From Oscillatoria sp. FACHB-1406 (GTDB lineage: Bacteria; Cyanobacteriota; Cyanobacteriia; Cyanobacteriales; Spirulinaceae), in NCBI RefSeq assembly GCF_014698145.1, contig NZ_JACJSM010000001.1:24633-88632 (forward strand): 64,000 nucleotides of DNA, given 5' to 3'. Below are positions 18,750-26,566 of the stretch, in pieces. The position numbers and the translations under genes are program-made. Every line of letters starts with the position of its first letter. The first letter of the stretch is position 1. The notes under the pieces were generated by a model. That model searched no databases and was not told where the DNA came from. It was given only the letters and a program-made list of their open reading frames with translations.

Positions 18750-18977
18750 TTATGCCCCTACGACGAAAAATTTAGTGCATCGTAACTGAGAATTGGTATA
18801 AGCACCTGGCGCAATATTCTCGATCGCGTTCTCAATCTCGTTGGTATGTCTTTGAATTCGGGGCCAAGAAGTAGAGAGTAAGACCACAATAGCAATGTGT
18901 CGGCTTGTCAGATTTTGTTGATAACGCAAGTTGCGATTAAACTCTCGACTTGAGCGCGAGTTCCCCCCGGAAACCAC
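18750..18977 (-). pseudogene. Probable remnant of a DUF5615 (Mut7-C/PIN-like) toxin partner of DUF433; C-terminal part only.
   Basis: IAIVVLLSTSWPRIQRHTNEIENAIENIAPGAY resembles the C-terminal block of DUF5615 proteins (..IILLTCGNTSN.RL.EIL...L.EAI.LLE.GE). The N-terminal roughly 60 aa are missing and the ORF overlaps DUF433 by 70 nt in another frame. Confidence 0.3.
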
Positions 18978-19120
18978 TCGATGAACTGGTCAATAGAAGC
19001 TCCATCTTTAAGATTCTCAAACAAAGCGGCAACTGGCACGCGCGTTCCTCGGAATACCCATACACCGCTAACCCGATTGGGGTGACGTTCGACGATTTCA
19101 AATAGGTCGATATCTTTCAT
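18908..19120 (-). CDS. DUF433-family small protein (antitoxin-like).
   Basis: 70 aa with the DUF433 core VWVFRGTRVPVAALFENLKDGASIDQFIEWFP. Confidence 0.7.
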   Translation of the reverse strand: MKDIDLFEIVERHPNRVSGVWVFRGTRVPVAALFENLKDGASIDQFIEWFPGGTRAQVESLIATCVINKI

Positions 19121-19257
19121 AACAATTTGTCGCGAGTCGGGGATGGAGTTGTTGCCCTAATAGCGTAGTTTAACAGGTTGTCAGCAAGAAAGAAGTCGGA
19201 AGAGAACTTGCTAAAAAGGCAATTAGAAAACGTATTTTCTTTAATTTTAAATGGCTT

Positions 19258-21183
19258 TCAAACTTGCTGTAAATAATGCTCGTAACGCTGCTGCAATTGC
19301 GCGCTACTGAGGTTTTGCGCCCAGTATTCGACTAACGCATGGCCGAACGCCCAAGCATCGCGATCGGGCGTACTGGGATGCTCGAGTAAGAAAGGCCATA
19401 ATGCGAGTAAGTCGAAGTTGCGTTTTTCGGAGTCGCCGCCGTTTAATAAAGAAAAGAGATCGTAAGCCATTTGCAACTTACCGATCGCGACGGGCAGTTG
19501 TTCGATGGGAATTTGCGTCGCTAGGGCGGTGGCGAGGGTGGCAGAACCCGTGGTAAGCGTAGAGATGAATTGCAGGATCGGGCTTTTGAGTAGGGCGGTT
19601 AAGCCTTGCGCGGTGGACATTTGGAAGGTGTAGCGATCGATGATGCGGGCGGCGGCGGTGACTTTGCTGCTGCGATCGCGCAAAAAACGGGCGAGGCGCA
19701 GTTGTTGGGCGGGCGCGATCCCTTCCAGGAGTGCGTTAGAGAGTGCATCGGCGTTCCATGCGGCTCTGCCGGTTTGCCCATCATCTGTTACCATCGGTAA
19801 GACGAGATTGCAATATTCCCCCAACTGCTCGGCTCGATATTGCGTCGCTTCGCGAATCGATTTTTCTTTGGGACGTTCGCCCCACTGCCAATCGTAGGGC
19901 GGCTGCCACTCGCGAATCGGGCGCAAGCGATCGACTTGCGTGACAATCGCGATCGCGGGCAGTTCTTGCACCTGTTCTCGCATTTCTTGCAAGAAGTCTG
20001 CATCCATTTGCAGGGCGGGATCGAGGGCAGGCGTAACTAGCAGCAATAAATCGGCTTCGGTGGCGTAGTCGAGAACCAATTCGCGCAAATCTTCGCGTTT
20101 TGCTTGTTCGTAACCGGGAGTATCCCACAGTACCAGTTGACTTTGCATCGATGCGCCCGGTTCGTCACTCTGCCAATTGTAAGTCTGGACGCGATCGGTA
20201 CTGGGCAAGACATCGACAGCGGCGAGTTCGGCTTGAAAAAGGGTATTAATCAAGCTGCTTTTTCCCGCGCCGGTGCGCCCGACGAGGAGGATATTAACGG
20301 GTTTTTCTCGAACGGTTTGGGTGGGTTGCGATCGCTCGATAATTTCGCTGAGGGTTTGCGTTTTCGCTTTAGGAAGCGTTGGCGGACTGGCTGGGGCTAA
20401 TCCCGGCAGGTTATCGCCGCCATAAAGTGCCGCAGCTTGGCGCGCGAGGTTGCGTAAAGCCGCTTCTCGCAGCGATTGCCCTAAATTGAATAATAATTGG
20501 CGATCGGCGCGGGTGCTGGATTTTTGGGAGGCGACGCGGGCGGCGGCGGCGACGGGATTGAGAAGCCACTGCGCCCAATTCCAAGCTTTAAAGAGTTTGC
20601 GGGCGGAGGGTTCGAGTTTTTGGTAAACTTCGTAAGCTTCGTAAGCTTGACCGACGGTGACTTGTCCGAGGGCGGGGGAGAGTTGGTTCATCCAGCGATC
20701 GAGATCGTCCACCGTACCGCGAATTAAGCCGTAAGCTTGGGGGACGTAGATGTTGAGGAGGGGGTATTTAACTTCGGGATGGTAGATATTCGCGATCGCA
20801 ACGATTAAGTCTCGGCAACGCTGAAAAAAGGTCGTCCAATCTTCCCAAAGCGGTGCATCCTCGAGGGTCGACTCTAAAACCTTTTGCAGCGCGGTTTCGA
20901 CTTTTTGGGCAGCATCGCCGCCACTGGTTAAAGGCGGTGAATTCTGGAAAGATTCGACTTCTGCATTCATCTCTTCGATCGCCGCTTCGACTTGGGCGAG
21001 GGCGGGAGTCGTCCACTTCACCAGCAACCAGCGCCAACCGACAAAGACTAGAGTAAAGATGCCCCAAATCCAGTTAATTCGCCAAGTATGAATTTGAAAA
21101 CCCGCCGCCACGAGAAGGAAAGCAACGATCGCCGCGATCGGCGCTGCTAGAATAATCCACTGCCAAGTTTTTAAACGCACCAT
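19258..21183 (-). CDS. Membrane-anchored GTPase (HSR1/MMR1-type G domain with C-terminal DUF697-like region).
   Basis: Two N-terminal TM helices; G1 LLVGRTGAGKSSLINTLF, G3 LWDTPGYEQ, G4-like VTQVDRL. Confidence 0.55.
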   Translation of the reverse strand: MVRLKTWQWIILAAPIAAIVAFLLVAAGFQIHTWRINWIWGIFTLVFVGWRWLLVKWTTPALAQVEAAIEEMNAEVESFQNSPPLTSGGDAAQKVETALQKVLESTLEDAPLWEDWTTFFQRCRDLIVAIANIYHPEVKYPLLNIYVPQAYGLIRGTVDDLDRWMNQLSPALGQVTVGQAYEAYEVYQKLEPSARKLFKAWNWAQWLLNPVAAAARVASQKSSTRADRQLLFNLGQSLREAALRNLARQAAALYGGDNLPGLAPASPPTLPKAKTQTLSEIIERSQPTQTVREKPVNILLVGRTGAGKSSLINTLFQAELAAVDVLPSTDRVQTYNWQSDEPGASMQSQLVLWDTPGYEQAKREDLRELVLDYATEADLLLLVTPALDPALQMDADFLQEMREQVQELPAIAIVTQVDRLRPIREWQPPYDWQWGERPKEKSIREATQYRAEQLGEYCNLVLPMVTDDGQTGRAAWNADALSNALLEGIAPAQQLRLARFLRDRSSKVTAAARIIDRYTFQMSTAQGLTALLKSPILQFISTLTTGSATLATALATQIPIEQLPVAIGKLQMAYDLFSLLNGGDSEKRNFDLLALWPFLLEHPSTPDRDAWAFGHALVEYWAQNLSSAQLQQRYEHYLQQV

Positions 21184-21189
21184 TTGCCT

Positions 21190-21238
21190 ACAAATTAAAA
21201 ATTAAAAATTAAAAATTAAAAATTAAAAATTGAAAATT
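21190..21238. repeat. Heptamer tandem array (ATTAAAA)x5 plus two variant units, immediately upstream of the GTPase gene start.
   Basis: aaattaaaaattaaaaattaaaaattaaaaattaaaaattgaaaattca. Confidence 0.9.
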
Positions 21239-21243
21239 CACAA

Positions 21244-21375
21244 CTCACGCCTAATGTGAATTAGAAGCCAGAAAGCTCGAGCTTGCTGTTCTTTCTCCCC
21301 TCGCCCACCGATTGGGAGAGGGGCTGGGGGTGAGGGAAATCAAGACTTTTGGATAATGCACATCAGACGTAACTC
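21244..21375. repeat. Roughly 130-bp GC-palindrome-containing dispersed element (copy A).
   Basis: cgcctaatgtgaattagaagccagaaag ... cccctcgcc..gggagaggggctgggggtgaggg ... gataatgcacatcagacgtaa. About 90 percent identical to the reverse complement of 62318-62470. Confidence 0.85.
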
Positions 21376-21494
21376 ATAATTTATTAGCATTTCCAGCGAA
21401 CTAAAAAGCTTAGAACTGCCTAAATATAGCCACTTCGATTTTATCGTAGATTTTTTGGTCGGGTAAAACGCCTCTTTAGACAGCCGTTAACCCC

Positions 21495-21908
21495 TTATAC
21501 AACTGGCAGTTCAAGCTGCGCGAACCAAGTGTGCTTGTCAATGTAGCCCCGCTGAAACTTGATTTTGCCCTCCACAATATGAAAAAATCCACAGCCCTGC
21601 AAAGTGAAACTCTTGCCGTTGGGAACATTGCCACCGAGTTCGCCCAAAAACGTTCCGCTGCCTTGCCATTCAACAACCGCCCATTCGCCATCTTCCAAAA
21701 TATGGATCGGATGCGTGGAGTTATCCGGGAATGCACGGAAGAAGGCAACAAAACTTTCAAGAAGAGCGTCACGACCGCAAATAGGAGCGCCAAAAGCGAC
21801 CTGTTGATTGACGGCATCATCGTGATACAGTTCGATGAGCGCATCAGCATCGCGAGCATTGTAAGCAGCAAGCCAATCTTTAATAACAGCCTTTGGCGAT
21901 TTCATCAC
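21495..21908 (-). CDS. SnoaL-like / NTF2-fold protein (ester-cyclase family).
   Basis: IKDWLAAYNARDADALIELYHDDAV pattern typical of SnoaL_2/NTF2-like proteins. Confidence 0.6.
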   Translation of the reverse strand: MMKSPKAVIKDWLAAYNARDADALIELYHDDAVNQQVAFGAPICGRDALLESFVAFFRAFPDNSTHPIHILEDGEWAVVEWQGSGTFLGELGGNVPNGKSFTLQGCGFFHIVEGKIKFQRGYIDKHTWFAQLELPVV

Positions 21909-21975
21909 GTCCGATCCGATTCAAACTTTGCGCCCCCAACTAAGCTACGCGCTGCTGCACGATTTTTGCTCGTAT

Positions 21976-23535
21976 TTAACGATTCGGCAACTGGAAGGGA
22001 TCGATCGCGCAACGCTGCCATTTGCTGTGCGTGCGTTCGATAGCGAGCGGTTGTACGGTCATTTGGGGTGGAGTCCCCGCACCGACATCAATGCGAATCG
22101 CTGAATAAGGTCGTTGCTTGTTTTTACCGCGCCCCATCCGACCGAGGAAAAAGTGCGATCGCGCCACCCATTCCCCATCTTCCATTAAATCCGGCCCTTC
22201 GGAGCGTTGGCGGCGCAAACTATAACCGCTTCCCCCGCAAACAATCCAGTTCGTCCCAGCATCGCCGCGTCCAGTATCGCCCGTTCGCAAGTATTCCAAG
22301 CAGTGTGCGTGTCCGTTGAGGACAAGATCGACAATCGGGCGATTCTCAGCGAATTGTCCCACAGTACGAGCCACGCGATCGAGGACGGCGCGCAGGCGAT
22401 TGCGCACTTCCAGCGTTTGCGCTTGCCCCCATTTCGTCGCCTCCGTCACGTAAGGCGGATGGTGAAAAAAGATAACCCGTCCCCGCACGCTCTCGGTATA
22501 CCAGGATTCAATTAAGCGTTCCTCGAGCCAATGTAATTGTTCAATATCCGTGGCGGTGGTTTCGTTGGCGTTGAGTTGCTTCTCAATGTCCAACTTCATC
22601 TCTTCAATTTGCTGCAATTTAACTTGAGCGTCGTCCAGTTCGTCAAGTTGTTCGAGATCGTTGCGATCCATTGTCGCCATTTCTTCCAAGATTTGCTGCT
22701 GCTGTTGCTCTAATTCTTGCAAGCGTGCGGCTAAATCGCTGCGCCGCACGTCGCCTTCTTGGGTATCCGGGATCGGAGTCGGAGCATTGAAGGTATTGGA
22801 ATCGAGAGCAAAAAAGTCAATTCCCCCGTAACAAAACGTATAGTAACGATTGGGCAAGCGGGTAAAGATTCCGGGTTGATAGCGCAAGCATCTTCCGGTA
22901 GGCGTTTTAACCGTGTAATAAAGATCGAGATGGCGATCGAGTTGTCCGGGAAGGTTGTAGTTTTGCAAGTAGTCGAGGAAAGCCCTAGCGTAGGCATCGC
23001 CTTGTCGGGAACCGTGCCAGCCCACATCAATATCGATTTTACTGCGTAGGAGGCGACGCAAGGGCCAAGCCATCTGCGCAAGTAACCCATAAACGAAGGG
23101 AAGATCGTAATAATCGTGATTGCCGGGGACGGGCAAAAAGGGAAAATTAAAGGTCATGCGATCGTAAGCAATTTGTGAGACGCGATCGCCGCCGACTAAA
23201 AATTTGCGATAGGGTTTGATAAAGTTATCGCGGTAATATTCGCTCGAACCGACGAGATAAACCACATCGCCCGTATGCAGCAAAAACCGACAGCGCGAAC
23301 GTTCTTCCTCGAGTAGTTCGGCGACTTGGTGTTGGGGGCTTTGTCCGTAGCGATTTCCCGTCCCACTGTCACCAATTACCAAAAACGAAAATTCCGGATC
23401 GCGATCGCCGCCATCGTCAATGGACAAGCGCGTTTGATCGATTTGGCGCTGCGCGATCGCGCCTTCCTGCCACCGCACCCGTTGCTTCATTACACCGATC
23501 TTTGTCGCAATGGGCGGTTCTGAAACAAATTTCAT
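21976..23535 (-). CDS. Calcineurin-like metallophosphoesterase with a roughly 90-aa coiled-coil insertion.
   Basis: Motifs GDSGTGN, HTGDVVY, GNHDY, FFHHPPY, NGHAHCLE. Acidic coiled-coil (LQELEQQQQQILEEMATMDRNDLEQLDELDD ...) inserted between motifs. Confidence 0.75.
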   Translation of the reverse strand: MKFVSEPPIATKIGVMKQRVRWQEGAIAQRQIDQTRLSIDDGGDRDPEFSFLVIGDSGTGNRYGQSPQHQVAELLEEERSRCRFLLHTGDVVYLVGSSEYYRDNFIKPYRKFLVGGDRVSQIAYDRMTFNFPFLPVPGNHDYYDLPFVYGLLAQMAWPLRRLLRSKIDIDVGWHGSRQGDAYARAFLDYLQNYNLPGQLDRHLDLYYTVKTPTGRCLRYQPGIFTRLPNRYYTFCYGGIDFFALDSNTFNAPTPIPDTQEGDVRRSDLAARLQELEQQQQQILEEMATMDRNDLEQLDELDDAQVKLQQIEEMKLDIEKQLNANETTATDIEQLHWLEERLIESWYTESVRGRVIFFHHPPYVTEATKWGQAQTLEVRNRLRAVLDRVARTVGQFAENRPIVDLVLNGHAHCLEYLRTGDTGRGDAGTNWIVCGGSGYSLRRQRSEGPDLMEDGEWVARSHFFLGRMGRGKNKQRPYSAIRIDVGAGTPPQMTVQPLAIERTHSKWQRCAIDPFQLPNR

Positions 23536-23611
23536 AGCTCTCGTTGCTTAGACCAGCACCATCAAAACACGATTTGGGGGCAAATGGATCGTAGCGCGAG
23601 GAAGAATAGTC

Positions 23612-23760
23612 AGAGCAACGGCGGGAATTACACCCGCATCACCCGGTATACTCCAGGGCGTTCTGCTGTTTTGAACTACGTTGCAGTTGGCAGCGGGCTG
23701 ACTCAAACAGCCATATGAAAAAAGCAAACAAGGAACGCTTTACCCTTAAGCTACACTGCC
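23612..23760 (-). ncRNA. tRNA-like unit 1: acceptor, D and T arms conserved, no anticodon stem; followed (3') by a conserved roughly 80-nt module.
   Basis: 5' GGCAGTG-TA-GCTT..AAGC and GGCTG-TTTGAGT-CAGCC-CGCTGCC-A seen in reverse complement. Anticodon region replaced by a 24-nt unstructured segment. Confidence 0.5.
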
Positions 23761-23800
23761 TTATTTTTCCTATTCTACAACCCATACAACAATACACCAA

Positions 23801-23948
23801 GAGCAACGGCGGGAGTTACACCCGCATCGCCCGGTATACTCCAGGGCGTTCTACTGTTTTGAACTACGTTGCAGTTGGCAGCGGGCTGACTCAAACAGCC
23901 TATTTCCCGTTTGGAAGACGGGCGCTTTATCCCTTAAGCTACACTGCC
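23801..23948 (-). ncRNA. tRNA-like unit 2: complete 73-nt cloverleaf with anticodon UCC (Gly-like) and a non-canonical T-loop TTTGAGT (tRNA part 23876-23948), plus the conserved 3' module.
   Basis: Hand-folded: acceptor 7 bp (one G-U), D-stem GCTT/AAGC, anticodon stem CCCGT/ACGGG with loop CUUCCAA, T-stem GGCTG/CAGCC, discriminator A, no CCA. Confidence 0.55.
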
Positions 23949-23970
23949 TTATATTCCCTATTTTATCGAG

Positions 23971-24118
23971 AGCAACGGCGGGAGTTGCACCCGCATCACC
24001 CGGTATACTCCAGGGCGTTCTACTGTTTTGAACTACATTGCAGTTGGCAGCGGGCTGACTCAAACTCGCCACCTTCCCCGCTTGCTGGCGGGGCGCTCTA
24101 CCGTTAAGCTACACTGCC
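23971..24118 (-). ncRNA. tRNA-like unit 3: 8-nt anticodon loop, disrupted T-stem, plus the conserved 3' module.
   Basis: Same acceptor/D-arm as units 1 and 2; anticodon arm CCCCG-CCAGCAAG-CGGGG. Confidence 0.45.
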
Positions 24119-24123
24119 GAGTG

Positions 24124-25203
24124 TTACCATTCTACTTCTGCGTAATCCTTATAAAACTGCCCGAAGCGATCCCGCCCTTCATTCAAACTGACAAAGATTG
24201 GGGCGCAAATGCGCGCGGCAGCATCGATATAATCGAAGGAAAGTTTAACCCCTCGCGATCGCATTCCTTCAACTTGGGGATGGGGATGTTGGAAACTCAC
24301 CCAACCCGGATCGACACAGTTCATATAAATGCGATATCGAGCGTATTCTTTAGCACAGGTGCGCGTCATCATGTGCAGCGACGCTTTCGCCATATTAGTA
24401 TGCGGATGTCGCCAAGGTTTCTCCACGCCGTTAAAGCGTCCTTCCATTGAAGAAACGTTGATAATGTACTTTTTATCATCGGGATGGGCTTGCATTAAAG
24501 GTTTGAGGCGACTGTTGAGAATGAAGGGCGCGATCGCGTTAATTAAATGCACCTCCAACAGTTCCAAAATACTCACTTCATCGTCCTTCATCAACCAACT
24601 ATTAAAAGGGCGAAAGTCGAGTTGTTCTCCATCTTCTCCCAATTCTCCCGGCGGAAAAAAGGCTAAATCTTCTTCAAATTCAGCCAGATTATTAGCAGCA
24701 GGAGGAAGCGCGAGTAATGGTTGTAATTGGGGTGGAAGTTGTTGCATTTCCGCCGCTTCTAAAGAACGGTAAAAAGCCGCAGGACGGCGCACGGTTTGAG
24801 CCGCGTTATTAATAATAATATCGAGTCGAGGAAAATGGTTGCGAATGTGGTAAGCAAATTGTTCGACAACAGCGGGATTCTTAAGATCGAGGCTATAAAT
24901 CGAAAGGCGATCGCGCCATTGCTCGAAATCCTCTTCCCGCGCGTAACGTTGCGCTGCATCGTTGGGAAAGCGCGTCGTTGCGATGACTTGCGCCCCCGCT
25001 CTCAATAACTTCAATGTTACTGCACGACCGATTTTAACTCTTGCCCCGGTTACTAAAGCAATTTTCCCTTGTAAATCTGCGGTTTGTTCGCGTTGAATTT
25101 GATTGAAATCGCCGCAGGAAATACACAATCCGGGATAAAAATTATGGGGTCGATCGACAAAGGCTTTACAGATGTAGCAACGTTGGCTTTTCTTGTCCGT
25201 CAT
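24124..25203 (-). CDS. SDR-family NAD(P)-dependent oxidoreductase with an N-terminal Cys-rich (zinc-ribbon-like) segment.
   Basis: CYICKAF ... CISCGDF Cys pairs; Rossmann motif KIALVTGARVKIGRAV. Start chosen at the ATG forming an ATGA overlap with the upstream pentapeptide gene. Confidence 0.75.
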   Translation of the reverse strand: MTDKKSQRCYICKAFVDRPHNFYPGLCISCGDFNQIQREQTADLQGKIALVTGARVKIGRAVTLKLLRAGAQVIATTRFPNDAAQRYAREEDFEQWRDRLSIYSLDLKNPAVVEQFAYHIRNHFPRLDIIINNAAQTVRRPAAFYRSLEAAEMQQLPPQLQPLLALPPAANNLAEFEEDLAFFPPGELGEDGEQLDFRPFNSWLMKDDEVSILELLEVHLINAIAPFILNSRLKPLMQAHPDDKKYIINVSSMEGRFNGVEKPWRHPHTNMAKASLHMMTRTCAKEYARYRIYMNCVDPGWVSFQHPHPQVEGMRSRGVKLSFDYIDAAARICAPIFVSLNEGRDRFGQFYKDYAEVEW

Positions 25204-26474
25204 TGTTTTGTGCCATCCGGCATTGTACTGTTCCAAAAATGGATGTGGCTCAATTCAATCCCAAAAAGATTCGCCCCCGTTAAGTCGCTCTCCCACAACG
25301 CCGTATTATAACAGTTTGCTCCCATCAAATCTGCATTTTTTAAATTGACCCGATTAAAGTAAATCTGACTCAAGTCTGCCCCAATTAAATTTGCCCCGCT
25401 CCAGTCTGCATCCCCAACCCTACAGCCGGTAAAATCAGCTTCAATGGCACTCATTCCGGTTGCTAAAGTTCCTTCGAGATTCGCTCCTTTAAGTCGAGCG
25501 CGATCGAAATTTGCGCCTTGTAAGTTAGCACTTTGAAGATCGGAATTTTGAAGTTTAGCCTCGCTGAAGTTTAACCCGTCAAGCGTCGAGTTTTTAAAAT
25601 TCGCTCTTTTTAAGTTAGCGCGACTAAAGTTGACATTATTCATAACCTTCGTACTAAAATCGACATCGGATAAATTAGCAGAACTGAGATCGGCTCCCTC
25701 AAGCTCTGCATTATTCATTTTCGCAGATTTTAGATTAATCGATTTAAGGTTACATCCGGTTAAATTAGCACGCTCAAAGCTCGCGCGTTCAAAGGTGGTA
25801 CGATCCAGTTTAATATTCGTAAAATCGACTCCATAAAGGTTCGCTTTTGTAAACCTCGTTCGTCTCAGGAGCGCACCGTCAAATTTTGTATAACTTAAGT
25901 TAGCACCCGAAAAATTAATTTTGTAAAAATACCTGTCGCTAAAGTCAAATTCACTTAAATTTGTTCTTTTAAAATTGACTTCCTGCAAGTTCGTTTCGGT
26001 TAAAATGCTTCCTTCTAAGTTAGCGCGGCTGAGGTTTGCTCCGCTTAAGTTGGCATTGCTCAAATCTGCCTCTCTGAGGTCTGTTTTGTAGAGTTTAGCC
26101 CCGCTCAAATCTGCCCCGCTTAAATCTGCACCTCGAAGATTGCATTCGCGAAAATTAACTTTCTTTAAATCTTTCCCCCGTAAGTCTACGCCACTGAGAT
26201 CGGCTTCCCAACCGTCGAGATAAACGGTTATCGCTCGCCATTTATTCCAAGTTTGAACGCCTTGGGATAGCAAAAAAATTAAGTCCGATCGCGTGACAAA
26301 GCGCTTACAAGCAACTTCTCTTACCCACTCGATTTCATCGTGCAGCGATCGCGCGGCTAATTCCAACCCCGCCTCGCCATAATCGCCCAATTTCTCCAGC
26401 GCCGCAACCCGTTCTTCCGCTATCGTGCTATTGAGGCATTCTTGCAATTGTTCTAATGTTTCGCGATCGGACAC
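25200..26474 (-). CDS. Pentapeptide-repeat protein with an N-terminal HEAT-like helical region.
   Basis: Long run of A(D/N)LxG-type pentapeptides (ADLSGADLSGAKLYKTDLREADLSNANLSGANLSRANLEG ...). Confidence 0.85.
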   Translation of the reverse strand: MSDRETLEQLQECLNSTIAEERVAALEKLGDYGEAGLELAARSLHDEIEWVREVACKRFVTRSDLIFLLSQGVQTWNKWRAITVYLDGWEADLSGVDLRGKDLKKVNFRECNLRGADLSGADLSGAKLYKTDLREADLSNANLSGANLSRANLEGSILTETNLQEVNFKRTNLSEFDFSDRYFYKINFSGANLSYTKFDGALLRRTRFTKANLYGVDFTNIKLDRTTFERASFERANLTGCNLKSINLKSAKMNNAELEGADLSSANLSDVDFSTKVMNNVNFSRANLKRANFKNSTLDGLNFSEAKLQNSDLQSANLQGANFDRARLKGANLEGTLATGMSAIEADFTGCRVGDADWSGANLIGADLSQIYFNRVNLKNADLMGANCYNTALWESDLTGANLFGIELSHIHFWNSTMPDGTKQ

Positions 26475-26566
26475 AACTCCTCTCCCTTAAACTGGTAAAT
26501 TCCTTTATTAGACCCTAGATTGACCTGCTAAACTCAAAATAAGGAAATGAAGCGGGGCATAATCCA

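Noticed and set aside
19599-21067. Cluster of short antisense or alternative-frame ORFs inside the membrane GTPase gene
   Set aside because: GC-rich, R/A-rich translations typical of off-frame reads of a high-GC gene; the main frame has G-domain motifs.
23715-24107. 130-aa ORF on the plus strand across the tRNA-like array; also considered whether the array could be a CRISPR
   Set aside because: The ORF is made of the three repeat units and has no start context. CRISPR was rejected because repeat units are about 100 bp, the spacers are themselves partly conserved, and no cas genes are nearby.
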